NCBI GenBank assembly: GCA_964035545.1
Contig: OZ037771.1
Coordinates: 2,181,628 to 2,245,627 of the forward strand
Direction of reading: 5' to 3'
Origin: Bugula neritina
Lineage: Eukaryota; Animalia; Bryozoa
DNA: 64,000 nucleotides
Shown here: positions 1-13,673 of the stretch, one piece after another
Position numbering within the stretch: the first letter of the stretch is position 1
Layout: every line of letters begins with the position of its first letter
The notes under the pieces: model-generated
What the model saw: only the letters and a program-made list of their open reading frames with translations
Told to the model about the DNA's origin: nothing
Databases searched by the model: none
Position numbers and translations under genes: made by a program

Positions 1-1753
1 GATCTTCTTGCAAGTCAACTCTCCACCATGGCCTGTATTCCATCTCAGTGTGTACCAGTGAGGCACGAAGATCACTAGGGTTGTAATAAATCCCATCATT
101 TCCATGAGACGCTTTGTACAATGCTCTATTGTAATATGAAGATTGAGTGGCTGGTTTATCTATAAATAAAACATAATGGTTGTTTTAAACTCTAAAGTCT
201 AAGGTATGTTTTGTCAACTTACAGTACTGCTTGTTGTATCAACCAATAGTATGCTAGCAATTTGAGAGTTTAATTACTGAAAAGTAATGAAATTATTTTA
301 GAAAACAATCATCATGCAAATAATAGACTCCAAGAAAGCTTATATAATATAGGAAGTCAGTTATGTGCAATACCATATGCTAGACTTATTATCTATATGA
401 CTCAACAATTCATTGGCTGCATTAATAAACTGCGCAGTTAGTATATGGCATGAAAAGCTGCGCTGTTTTCTTTGAATACAGAAACTAAGTTCAAATGCTC
501 TATAAATTTGCTTTGTTAAAAACATTGATTTTCCAATAACATAAAATATATCACCTATCTGTTGACTTTACTGTTTGAAATAAACATTTTATTCCTGCAA
601 ATTATAAGCGAAGTTCTGTTCTATAAAAACCATAATTATCATTGGCTAGAAGTTAAATAGGTGGTTAGAGGATTGCACAGTGTCAGCTATTGAAGTCATA
701 TAGCAAGTGTTTGGTTTTCAGGGCATTAATTCATTTGGAGTTGTCTTCTGTTACTTGTTGTGGTTCTATATTAGCCTTGACACTGACTAGCAAGTGATCA
801 AACAATGAAAACATACAGTGAGAGTATCACGAAAGCATAAAGAAAGTATAATGGGAACATGGTAAGAGTAGTAGCTATGTGTGATGCATCTTTGTGTTGT
901 GTTTATGCTTCTTACTTTATAGAGTGTATGCAGAACTTAAAGGTGCACTTTAATAACCACAATTGTGTGAGATAACTTATAAGTCACTTTTTAGAGTCTT
1001 TCAAACCTGCACATACCTCTATAATGCATCAATGCACCATGAGGCCGCCATCAACAATATATTGTATCATAATTTTGTATATCAACACATTAATTAGTAT
1101 ATTCACCTCTAGCTAGCAGTTTGTTCAAGCTTTTCCTAAGGTCATCTTTGACATAGACATCGAGGCCTGTCTGCTGATACTCGGTGAGCAAGTCAGGGTT
1201 GAGGCACGTTTCAAATGAACACTTAATTTCTGTCTGTATATGAAACTGAACTCCATGGCACCTTTCATTGGTGAGACATTCATAGGTACAAAGCATGGTG
1301 GAGCTATAACTCTTGGAGTTGCTTACCCCAAAGCGAGGCTCTTGGATTAAAGGAGAAGTCATTCTTGTAAACCCAGAAGTTTCAGTCGACTCAACAGCAT
1401 AAAGGACACAGGCAGCCAAAAATACTAAACATAAAATAAATCATATATTGTGAAAGTTTTCTTTCGGTGACCTAATCGAAATGCTTCTATTTGAAAAAAG
1501 AATTGAGGAAAGGGTCAATGCTCATTGTATACCACATTTAGACAAGTCAAAAATGATTTTAAAATATACAAGCCTCAAAAGAAAATGAAACTTAAAAATC
1601 TGGTGGAATTTAAAGGCAGCAAGCATAATTTGATATAAAAATGGGTCAAACTTTTTATGGCAGGTATTTATACTTAAAAGCGTTCTCTAATTTATGAATG
1701 AACTTAAGATATACGTACATTAAGTTTTTATACTTACCTTTGAAAATAATCAT
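1..1753 (-). CDS. Secreted PAN/apple-domain + F-type lectin (fucolectin-like) protein, 3' end outside the window. Exons 1753-1738, 1424-1107, 159-<1
   Basis: Phase-compatible GT-AG splicing gives the signal peptide MIIFKVFLAACVLYAVEST. Next comes a PAN-like Cys pattern (CTYECLTNERCHGVQF...C). Then LARDKPATQSS...ASHGNDG...VHTEMEYRPWWRVDL, which matches the start of an F-type lectin domain (A.QSS, DG, HT, PWW.VDL). Confidence 0.85.
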
Positions 1754-3340
1754 CTTAAATATCTTATATCGGCAAATATAGTCACTTTAAATATTAAGTT
1801 CAATTTCTTGATTTACAGCTTTCTAGTTACAGTCAACACGCAGCTAGTGTAGACAAGTGAGTGAGTGAGTGCTAGTTAACTTGGTAAATCTAATATTTTT
1901 AATAATATTGTTCATCATACAAAATCTTTCTTTTAAATATTGACCTTCCAAAGTTCGAATCTACAACAGAAACAATCTTTTATATGCAATTAAAGAAACA
2001 GATATTATAAAAACAAGCTTTGATTAAAACAAGAAATGACCAGTTAAGTATATACATTTCATATATTATTTAGAAGCTTTTAAAATGTTTCTTGCTCTCG
2101 AACAAATGAAGCTCTTTTATCATGTTTATGTTGTTCTTGTTTTTCTTTTTGTTAGTCTAAACTTTAATCAGAGTAAGTGTAATTCACAAGTAGTTCAGAT
2201 GTAACTAGAGTGTTTGAACTTGAGTTTCTAATCACTCTTGAGTTTTATAGACTACCACAGGCAAAGACAACTTAAGAGTGTCTTTGTGGTCGGAGGTTAT
2301 AAACTGGACAGCAGGCAGCACATTGTGTATTTTAAATATTTCTTATAAACAACATATGCAGACTGCAACTTTCTTGAAGTTAGAAAAAAATTGAAGCCCA
2401 CCACATAATATTAAGGAGATAATAAAGAAATTGAAAAAAGCCTGTGTTCTAGATTAAAAATGTAGCAAAAAAGTTATGCTCTCGCAAGAATTTCAACCCG
2501 GGCCCAAATCAAATTTTATAAAGAACTTTAAAGAACTTATGCTATCTCAGTTTCTCCACTACTGCTCTTGAGTGATATTAAGTTGATCTTCAGAGAAATA
2601 AAACTGCTGTCTAATCAAATGCTGGCAGAGTAGTTGCCATTAACAGATAATAGCAGGCAGCATCTAACTAATGTCCACGATTGTTTCAGGTTATGCAACA
2701 GAATAACATTGCTGTCAGCAGATTTGGATTTACAGCTTTAAAAATACAGTTAATTGAAAATGTCTATTTATTGTGCAGAAAATAAGGAGCTGAGGATATT
2801 AATTGCTTCTTCTATTGTATCCATCAATTGTTTATATTGTGTAGTATGCATTCATAATGACAGAATATCCACTGCATTCGCCTATCATCAAGTTTCAAGG
2901 ATCAGTTGAATATTGAAGGCTATCAAGCACTTATTGTCTGTTTTGACAATGAAAAACATTTTAACTGTCTATAATTTATAGCAGATGTAAATTAAACGAC
3001 CACTATTTAGGGATGGAAAGGTATGATTTAATTTGAACTGCCCAGGGCATATTGAAGCTTAACAGCTCATGTAAATTTAAACTTTAGTAAAATTTAAAAG
3101 TCGGATACTTACAACTATAATAAATAATTAAATACAACATTCATTTTAAAAAAGTTTTATTATTAAAAACAATTTAATGCGGAATTGTAATATTTCTATC
3201 CTATTTCTAGATGTACACTATTAATAACAAAGAAACCGGTGTAATTGTGAAACTACAAGCATAGTGTTATGAATTAATATTAACTGGCTATAACCTACAT
3301 TATAGCAACTAATTCATACTCTTATTATATGAAATGATTT

Positions 3341-3487
3341 TATAAGCAGCTTCGAGTTGGAGGTGACTGAGTGCAGTAGTTTGGGGTTCTGGAGTCAAAG
3401 GTTTAAGGTGAAACTTTGAACCCCCAACTCCAAGTTTAGGACTCCAAACTACTGCACTCAGTCACCCCCAACTCGGAGCTGCTTATA
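3341..3487. mobile_element. Short palindromic MITE (about 147 bp)
   Basis: Near-perfect inverted arms of about 45 bp (tataagcagcttcgagttggaggtgactgagtgcagtagtttgg ... ccaaactactgcactcagtcacccccaactcggagctgcttata), with TA at both ends. Confidence 0.75.
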
Positions 3488-4259
3488 GCAAATTCTTATC
3501 ACATTTTAGATTATTGGGTACTGGTGCAGCCCTGCCTGGCTGCAGAGCAGCCTTTTATGACTCGCAAGAATGGTGCCATACGGCCAGTAGTGTGACAGCA
3601 GTCAACCAGTGAGTGCGTATACCTCCAGTACGACAGCTAAATGATGTATTCTTGGCAAACAGCTGCCTGGTAAGTCTTTAGGTCTTGAAATACTAATTTA
3701 GAGTCAGAATAGTGAGTAGTTTTAGCATTCACGATATACTGAGTGTAGACATGGTGTAACAAAAGTTGGTATGTTTACTACTATCTGATGTTTCAGGGCT
3801 TACCTGCCAGCATAGAGCTGATTATTTAAGGCTCAAACTGTATTATTGTATATTTATGTTGCTATACTATTTAATTTAATTGAAATCTTATTGTTACTTC
3901 CACAATGTTTGCATTTATCTATTTGTTATTGGAAATTTACTTGGTTGCACTGTCATTATTAGATTATATTAAAATTGATTGAATATTTTAATTATAGACT
4001 TTAAGTTTATTGATATTGCATTTCAACTTTACATATATAGAACAAGCTAGGCTTTAAAAAATTATCTTTTATATAGACAGTTTTATAATTAATATTGCTC
4101 TAGAAATAGTTTTGTAGTATATTTTGTTGTGTCATGATTAAAGAATTTATCTCAATCTGATAATTCAAATTTTTACTATTAATCCTGATTGTTTAGACTA
4201 TAAAACATTTTTTCAAGATTACATGATATTTTTTGCAGTAAGATATAGCCAATTGAACA

Positions 4260-7200
4260 ATGGCTAACATGCTTAGTAAATTTTTCAGTGTTGTGTTATT
4301 TGCTCTGATTGGACAAACATCTGCCGGTTGCTATGAACAGACGAACTGTACTTCCTGTACGAGTTATTCCGGAAACTACCTTTTCCCCTGCACATGGTGC
4401 CCGATGACTCACCAATGCCACACAACTGGCTCGTGTGAGTTACCACCATTTTATTTACTTGCTTCGATCAGTTTGGTTACAGCTTTGTCATTCTCATCAA
4501 CTGCAACTCTTTTATATGAATAACTATAATATGTCCACATGGCAGACATTTATATTATACTTTACTACAGTTAGGTTATTATTTGAGTTGAATATAACAA
4601 ACTACAGTCAACCATAGCAAAGTAGGAATCATTTTGCTACTCAAACTAATGCTTTTAAACAGTTTCGGTCATAATTGGGTCATAAAGCTCATTACTTCAT
4701 GGAAAAATTGAGTATAAAGTATTATACTAATTATACTAACATGATTATGCTATTAATTGCAGTGTATAATGACTGCTATAGACATGTGTACATCACCACA
4801 CCAGACCTCTGCCCTGTAGAAGACTCCAAACCCTACAACCAAACTCTAGCTGCACAAATAGCCCAATGGGCTGCCATGGCATATGCACCGCACACAAAAA
4901 TAGATCCAAAGGTTCTGTCTAAAGTTCTCAGAGATCAACTGCCAGGAAACTACAAGGTAAAAATTTCAGAGTTGTCCTCACCAAAAAAATAATTTCAATT
5001 ATTTTCAAAAAATGGGATTTTATTTTGCAGGTTGGCACATCTTACTAGAAGCTATTGCAAAGTTTGTATGTATATTATGGTCCAAACCCCCTCCCTTCCA
5101 AACCACTTCACTCATTAGCCTCTACCTTTATCATCCGAATGGTCACTAAGGCTATTTTATTGGTTCCTTACAATTACTGCTGGCATTACTGTTTCCATTA
5201 CTTCAAACTATGCAATGGGTGTTGCATTGATGCTGTATGAATGAATTTGTGGTTGCAGTGTGAGTGAACTTATGGTTGTGATTTTGGTTGGATGCAATTG
5301 TTTCCAAACATAATGCTGACAACTAGTGAATAACACACTCCCCCCTACCCGACTGTGTTCCTCCTGTAAAGTGATATACATACATCAGTGTTTCCCAATG
5401 TCTTGCAGATGTTGAAGATTATCCAGAGACATTGTGACCTGATGGTGAACTACTCAGCTTGCACTGTCCTGGTAGCCATGTCTCACCAGGAGAAGAACAT
5501 AATAGTCAGCTTCGAGGGAACTCAGAACATGGACCAGCTGTATGAACAGTTCATCACCACTGCCTTGGCTGGCCTTGAAAATACAATGATAGGTGGAAAA
5601 GTAAGTTGTGTCACTAGCCACTTCACTCCTACTTTATGAACTGAAGCTTCGAATATAACTTAAACCTGTTATGTCGCTGGTTCTGAAGGTCTGATATTTT
5701 GTAGTAAAGTTGTGGTAAGTTTGTGAAGATTATGGAGATGATGGTTTGTTTATTGTATTTGTTGTGTGAGTTTGTCACAAGAAAACAAATAAAATCACCT
5801 GACATCAGGTTATCAAATTGCATTATTTAGTAGCTGAAAGTGATAATAAAATCTTATACCATTTTTTTCAATTATGCAGGTGCTTTTTTACAACGAAAAC
5901 TTACAGAAACTGCTGTACCCTTGTTTGAAGTCGTATCTTGCAGAAATCTTGGCTGCCTATTCGAACTATACGTAAGTGATATGCTGACTTGAAATAGTTG
6001 CATATTTTTAACTCTATAGACAAGTGAGGTTTTATAACAAAACATTACAAAATACAAATACACCATTATCTTAGGAAGATTATTTGAATCTCAAATTGGG
6101 TAATACAATATAAGAAAATGCAGAAGACTTTGAAAATTATCTTTCTTTTTCATCCACCTTAAATGTGGCTGATTAAATTGAGAAAATAGAATAACATTAT
6201 ACAAAGTTTTATCTGAATTTCACAAATTCTATCTTCATCCATAAAACTCAAACTATTAAATAAAGATCAATAAAAATATAGTCTGTACAAGTAGGTTTTA
6301 ATTGTACAAGAATCCAAGAGTTTAAATAGAAGTAAGTTGAACAGTGCAAAAGAACTGGTCAATTTATTCAGTGCTTGCTAGTAACTGAGATGCAATTTTG
6401 CAGCCACTTTTTCATTTCTCATTTTAACTGGTATTTAGAATTTAAACAATCGGACAGCTTACCAATACTGTCACATAAAGCTACTCTATTCAGTTCATCT
6501 CTTGTCAAACCATACTTCTTAGTGAATTTGATTTGTCTCAGTTACTGGCCATTAACTACTATCTCTTTCATTTATGTAAGCATTTCTAGTATTAGCTTCA
6601 GCAGAATCACTTTAACAGAAGTTTTATTCACCAGCTGGATACAATTATGGATTAAATTTCGATATCTTGAATTCACTTATCCAAAAACATTTTGCTTGAA
6701 ACAATTATACTTACTTTATTGGAAATTAAACAAATATTTGCCACTTTAGTGCAAATGTGTCAAAATAATACACGGGTCTGAAAATTATTAATCTCACATT
6801 TTTGACTCAATAAATAGACTGTAGAATTACTAAAGGTTGTCACTACCAGGTCACGTTTTTCACTCATGCATGCCCATCCTTCTGCTGAAATCATTTTAAC
6901 AGCTTGACTGCTGACAATTGAATTAACCACAGGGTATCAAATTATTATTTTGACAGTTCTTAAATACTAACAAAATCCTGCCAAAGTATATTGTTTCTTT
7001 TTATGTAATCATTTGGCCAAAATGTGATATAATAACAAATATTCAGCCAATCGTCATTCAAGATTACGACAGCACCCTAATTTGCTGTCTTATAAGCTGG
7101 CACCAAGCCAACTTTTTATGTTAAAATAATTTAAAAAAGGAAGTTGCTCAATTTTAAACTTGTTATCAAGTCAATGCAGTTTCAAACTGGCCTGTTTTAC

Positions 7201-8844
7201 CCATTCAATTCGAATAGCTATGTTTTTACAATAATTAACTTCATTCAAGTACTTCAATGAGTGCTAGAATAACCTTGTATAACTAATTAACTTGAACAAG
7301 AATTCATTATGAATGTTGACGTTGATGATGAATGAGTCTGTAGATGTGATCCCATCCTATCACTCTGAAAGAACATCCTGTTTATTTCTGGCTATAAAAA
7401 TTAGTTTCTTTAACTGCCCCTCCTCTTTTACCCTTTTGATCCAATGCTTTTGCAGTTGTAATTCTCAAACATAGGATGCTTCGAAAAAAATCCTTATAGC
7501 CTTAACTCTCTCATTTCTATGTCTTATCCATACTATTCTTTCTATCTGTGCCCACAGGCTAACAATGACTGGGCACTCTCTTGGTGGAGCGCAGGCTCAG
7601 ATCGCAGCTGCTACATTAGTCCGGGAGAGAGTCATTTCTACTGACAAGCTGCTAGTTTACACCTACGGAGCACCTCGCTTTGCTGACGTTGATTTCGTCA
7701 GCATCTTTGACAAAGTAGGTTCTGGCAGCACTTAACACACTTCTGATTGCTTCATTAATGGTAGAAAGCATTAACTCAATTTTAATAAGTTTTTCTAAAA
7801 ATTGGAGTATCAGTAGGTTAGAATATGGGGCAATGTTGTTGCTTTACTTTGAGTAAATAATAAATGGTTTTTGTTGTGTTGAAATATGTCTGACTAGTTA
7901 AATGTTTATGTTTTGTCAAAACAATAATTTTTAGCAGCTTTATATATAATTATAAAATATTGATAGCTTTTAATAGTCACATGTAAAACTCTCAATTACA
8001 TCTATGCTCATCTGTTTCACACAACAATATTTATATACTAGCTTTCTTGCACTATATGTTACAGCTTGTTAAAACTAACTGGCGTTTGATACAAGCTAGA
8101 GATCCTGTTCCCAGAATTCCTCCTTCCTACTACCTCTACCACACTCACGGCGAGGTTTGGTTCAGTACACCAGGAGTGACGGTCAATTCAGAGTACGTCA
8201 TCTGTACAGACAATGAGGTGAGAAACTCAGCTTATAATGTTCTTATTAATCATTTCTTTATATAACAGCTTTAGTGTTGGACTGTGTTGAGCTTTAACCT
8301 TTCAAAAGGGAGCTAACTCCAATTTTTGGTTACAATTAAATATAATATGCTGGCAAAAATCAATATTTAGTACTCGCTGTCAGCAATTTTGTGTCTCTAA
8401 AAAAGTTTTATTGGTTGCTTTTTATTATTTAGGGTCATCTAACTGTCATGTTTAGCTTTGCATTAAAATTTGATACAAAATATTCTTGTTTTGCACTAAA
8501 ATGATGCTAAATAGCAAACTAAGGCTTGCATTCCCTATATTACACTACCTAATTATATGACAATATCATGTCTAAATTTTTAAACCGCAAGTTGATTTTA
8601 ATTCCCATCATTTCGATTCGCTGAGATTCTATTCCTAATCTGTAAAATTATTTCACAGGACGAGAGTTGTGCTTGGTCTCAAGGTCCCCCGTTATGCTTC
8701 ACTGATGAGTGTGTGAGGATCCACAAAAACTACTTCATTAAGGATATGGGCTACGCTTTTGATGAGCAGAGGCTAGGAGGCACAAGAAGGCCGAAGAGAT
8801 CAAAGTTGGGAGAGTGCGACTCCTTAGATTTCTCTGAGATATGA
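4260..8844 (+). CDS. Secreted class-3 lipase with an N-terminal PSI-like Cys domain, about 382 aa. Exons 4260-4434, 4763-4956, 5409-5600, 5880-5971, 7558-7714, 8065-8217, 8659-8844
   Basis: Exons sum to 1149 nt in frame. Signal peptide; IIVSFEGT; nucleophile elbow TGHSLGG; YTYGAPR; DPVPRIP (catalytic Asp); IHKNYF (catalytic His). AATAAA at 9121. Confidence 0.92.
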
Positions 8845-10022
8845 GAAAAAAGGGAAACCAGCATTAATGCTTGAACTTAAGGGTTTATTTTAACTTGCTC
8901 TGATTCTTAGTACACTGCTTCAACCTATCAAATGTTGCGATCTTATTGCAGCCCTAATTTGATGTTTATTTTATAAAACGGTATACACATCACATGCAAC
9001 AATATACAGTATTATAAATGGTAATTTCAAACTTTGGAGAAGTTTCAAGAGTATTAGTTTCTTCAAGCATTAACTACATAAGTAGTATATAGTTCCGGAT
9101 TGTTCTGTAATAGCAAACACAATAAACAGCTAAAATTTATGAAGTTTTATTGTTTTAGGCGATAAAATATACTCAAATAAATAAAATATTATGCTGAATT
9201 AATACAATAATACATATGACTATAATTACTGTTACTAAAACAGAAATTTCGTATCATGTAACTTTATGAAATATAGCATCTCATCAGATAGATTTATGAA
9301 AAGTTTGACTAGCAGACTTTGCATAACTTTCAATCATAGTTGTTTTCCCTTGCACTTTTATGTTAAAGCAACTTCTTTGCTTTTAACAAAAGAAGATATA
9401 ACACAAAATTATTAGTTATAGAGACCAATTTTTTGGAAGCAGTGATTGTCTCCTCATGACTCAGATAATGCTGGTTATATTGTGAGATATTTATTAGCTA
9501 ACAGCATAGAAAATACAAACAAATTAGGTAATTATGCAGTTTGAGGACAAGCAATACAAGTTCTGATATGAACAAAGACCTCATGCTTTGCTGTTGAATA
9601 TAATGATTACCACAGAATAGACTAGAAGATAACACAGTCAAAACTAGAAATGCATAATTATAGAAAAAATAATTATACATGATATATTATGCAGGATGAG
9701 GATGGGTAGACAACTACATAGGGTTATAAAAACATGATAAACAATTGCCCAAAAAAGATGCACATGTTGAAATTCAAGGAGGGGGACACGTTGAAGTAAG
9801 AAGAAAAATTATGACTCAATAAATATGACTAAAAATAGTATAACTGAGCTGATGCAATAAAGTTTATATAGTAGAACTGGGTCAAATTGTATGTAGAGAA
9901 AGTTTACTAATTATGCTTATATAACAGTTATTGCAAAATGTAGGTTATACTTGATATGTGATGTAATATCCAACAACATTAAAAAAATCAAGCAGACAAT
10001 TTTTTATGCAAAACAACTTAAT

Positions 10023-13000
10023 CTAGAAATTAAAATTAGACATAATTTCTTCCACTTCTCCGTAGACTGAGAGAGTAAGGGGCAAACTGCTGAGTTTATG
10101 GGGGTCTCTCACACAGAGCGCTGTAGTCACAGCGGATAGCCTCTGAAGAGACTGAATAGACAGAGGGTGGTGAAGTTCCTGGCATACAAAGAGTTTCCTG
10201 AGTAGATTCTGGCCAGTCTTGTACACTGTGCTGTTTAACTGTCTGCAATCATGAGAAGCTACATTAATAGTGATTCCATTTATATTGTATATGAAGTAAG
10301 TATTCACGTGATAAATTATAATAGCCTAAGTACCTGCTGGAGTTGATGTGATGTTTGGTAAAGTATGTGATGAGCTCCGTAAATATGTTACAGCATGTAG
10401 AACTAAGTCTTTCCTTGTGTTTATCTTGTTTGTAGAGATTGTAAAGATCAGTATACTACAAGGGAACAAGTATATACAGTGAGTGGCAAAATATAATATG
10501 TAGTATTATATTATGTAACATAGTATAATATTAATTATATGCGATGTAATATAATATATAAATATAATACACCACTATCATATATATCAACATGATATAT
10601 AAATAAAATATATCAGTATAATATATTAGTATAACATATATAAATATAATAAATAAACATAATATTATATAAATACGACATATATAAATACAATATATTT
10701 AGAATAATAACACCAACCTTGTCAAGTAAACCAGGTTGAGGCTGTATAATATCTTCCTCACTAAACACTGTGTACATCTGCATGATAGAGAACCATTCAG
10801 AATGAATAACTCAATTATACAAAGGTAAGTACACTAGCTGTAAGTACTACACAGAGGTAAGTACAAAAAAGGTAAGTATATAGAGTAGAGTATACAGAGG
10901 TAAGTATATAGAGGTAAGTATATAGGGGTATGTATACAGAGGTAAGTATATAGAGGTAAGTATATAGAGGTGGGTACACAGAGGTAAGTATATGGAGGTA
11001 AGTATACAGAGGTAAGTACACAGAGGTAAGTATACAGAGGTAATTATATAGAGGTAAGTATACAGAGGTAAGTATATAGAGGTAAGTATACAGAGGTAAG
11101 TATATAGAGGTAAGTATATAGAAGCAAGTATAGAGAGGTAAGTTTATAGAGGTAAGTATGTAAAGGTAAGTATGTAGAGGTAAGTACACAGAGGTGGGTA
11201 TATAGAGGTAAGTATACAGAGGTAAGTATATAGAGGTAAGTACACAGAGGTAAGTATATAGAGGTAAGTATACAGAGGTAAGTACACAGAGGTAAGTATA
11301 TAGAGGTAAGTATACAGAGGTAAGTACACAGAGGTAAGTATACAGAGGTAAGTATACAGAGGTAAGTATATAGAAGTAAGTTTATAGAGGTAAGTATGTA
11401 GAGGTAAGTACACAGAGGTGGGTATACTAGATGAAGTCTCAATAATATTTATATTACCTAATTATACATTGAATATACACAATTGTCTACATTTATAATT
11501 TTGCACCGAAAACTATTTTAAGGAAATCAATTATCAATAATATATACTAGTCTTTTTTAGATTTCCAATTCAGTGAAACAAAAAATTGACATGATAGCAA
11601 ATAAATGCTTGCTATGTACAATATAAGAGAAGAGCGTAAGATTTAATGGAATAGAAAGTATTATACAATAAACACTGAAATCAAGAGAATAATTAAGTAC
11701 CTGAAAACCCTGCAGGGGGTCGTCAGTGTAGTACATGGCAGGACTGCAGCCGTCACCAAACCAATCCACACTACAGAAGTGCCTCATTAGAGTGGAGTGA
11801 GTCATACGTATCGGCTGGTTACGGCGATCAGTTAAACACTCCACTCTGTAAAACCATCGTCAGTTTAAACACAACCACGTGTACATGCTAGCATTGCGTC
11901 ATGAGTAATTGTAAATGTGTTTTGTGACAAAGAGATGTTTGTAAAAACAGAAAAAGAAAGTTTTAAGTACTGTTGCTCTTTAAGAGGTTTAAAATTTGTT
12001 TATTATAACGTAGACTTGCTGCACTTGGCAGAATTTTACAGACAAGACTGCAAGCAAACTGACAGATCAGGCTATAATAATTATCTAGTAAGCAATCCTG
12101 CTAGAAAGAGTTTGAAGTTTTCTACCCTTCTCCAAATCCTATTGCAAATACTGTAATGGTTATCATTAATAAAATTGTTGGCAAAACCTTGAAAGCAGAT
12201 ATAAGTTTTCTATTTTGCAAAACAGCACATAGCATAGCGTAAAACTCACATAATCTCTATGGATGTCCCATGCACCCTATCAGTTGCAATAACGTAATTA
12301 CACTGCCTCCCTCCATCCCAGTTGTCCAGGTGAGCATTTGTAACCCACCAAGGTAGTGTCAACATTAGCTCATATCCTAAGGGTGCATGACATACCTTGT
12401 ACACTCTATCTCCACTCAAAGTGTAAGACATGGGCAAGTCTAAAATGTAAATGCATATCTAGTATTTTCCTGAACAAAATACAATTATAACGCAAAGTTA
12501 TAGTAATCCTCAATGCATCGTGGTCACAGATTGCAGATATGATAAGTTTTTCATATTTAGTCCGTGCCTTGACGAATATGCTTCATAATAATATTATTGG
12601 TCACTAGATCTTAGGCAGTACAAATGTTGATAATGTATATAATTTTTGAAAGTTTTCAAAAATAGGATAATTCCCAATAACTGAGCAATTCCTTTTACAA
12701 AATAAATTAATGAAGCATATATTTTATGTCAAGGAGTTTTATGCATAACACAAAAAACTTCAAGTTTTGAAAGCAAAACATCATTTAGGGAAAAATTATG
12801 CCAGCATATAATTGAATTAAAAAGCATTTTTTTCTTGAAACAACGCTAAGCTTGTTTAGGGAATTCATATCATGTACTATTATAAAAATTCTATATAAAG
12901 GCAACATTGTAATGCAAATCTGGAGCTGGTAAATTGTATATAATATGTACATTGACAGTCGACAATCCCAGACACTGAAAGACACTCATCATCACACTCT

Positions 13001-13032
13001 CCTTGGGAATTATCCTCTTCATGTTCAGCCAT
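10023..13032 (-). CDS. Uncharacterised 272-aa protein with a C-terminal SOCS-box-like motif. Exons 13032-12951, 12439-12250, 11845-11701, 10777-10718, 10455-10334, 10242-10023
   Basis: Six GT-AG exons join in frame (819 nt), starting MAEHEEDNSQGECDDECL. The C-terminus SIQSLQRLSAVTTALCVRDPHKLSSLPLT resembles a BC-box (SLQ.L) followed by a Cul5-box (LPLP). The first donor (T|gtacat) is weak. Confidence 0.72.
10823..11426. repeat. 16-bp minisatellite (AGAGGTAAGTATAYAG), about 37 copies, intronic
   Basis: Tandem array visible directly in intron 3 of the SOCS-box-like gene. It explains the spurious YLPLYTYLCILTS ORFs. Confidence 0.97.
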
Positions 13033-13673
13033 TCAGAGTTCTAGTGATCTAAAAAATCTAAAAAATTATACAATATGCAATAAACTTCAGACTGCATTAT
13101 GGATAAGCATCTTTATTGTAATGTATTAAAATGTTTCTATTTTTCTTCAAGTCTTTCACCTTTAGAAAAAAGATGAAATTCTGTTGAGACTTCGCAAGAA
13201 CCAGTCTATCTGAAATTATGAAATAGATCTACAAAAATATCCACTGCTCTCGCTTTTGTTTACAGAGGTTGAGGTTTGTAATAAGAGCATACACCCACTA
13301 ATTAATTCCACAAATAGATCTTAATAAACTGCTAAAATCCAGTGAGTAGACTATCCACAGAAAGGTACTACAGCAAATTATGAGATTACTTCACATTACT
13401 AAAATTAGAGAACAAGAGAAACCTTGTTCTAGCCGCAACACTTTGCTGCAATTATATTATCCGGTTTTTGAAAGAAAAATCTTCAAGTTTATAACTTGTA
13501 TTTTTGTAACTTATTGCAAGGACATGTTGATAGTATTTTAGATTTCAATGATTCATACAGAGAACCACAAGGTATTATCTACTGAGTTTAAAAACTGAAG
13601 ATTTCCAAAGAAACAATGTTTATTGAGTACAAAACGACATGTTACAAAATAAACAATATAAAATTAAAAAGTA

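Noticed and set aside
5031-5048. Extra lipase exon after tttgcag at 5030
   Set aside because: In-frame TAG after five codons. The gene is complete without it.
6375-6749. 124-aa ORF in lipase intron 4
   Set aside because: Non-ATG start, AT-rich composition and no motif.
10823-11426. CRISPR-like array
   Set aside because: No unique spacers, no cas genes, and a eukaryotic context. The same applies to the other tandem arrays.
10815-11442. Three overlapping ORFs with YLPLYTYLCILTS repeats
   Set aside because: Translations of the 16-bp intronic minisatellite.
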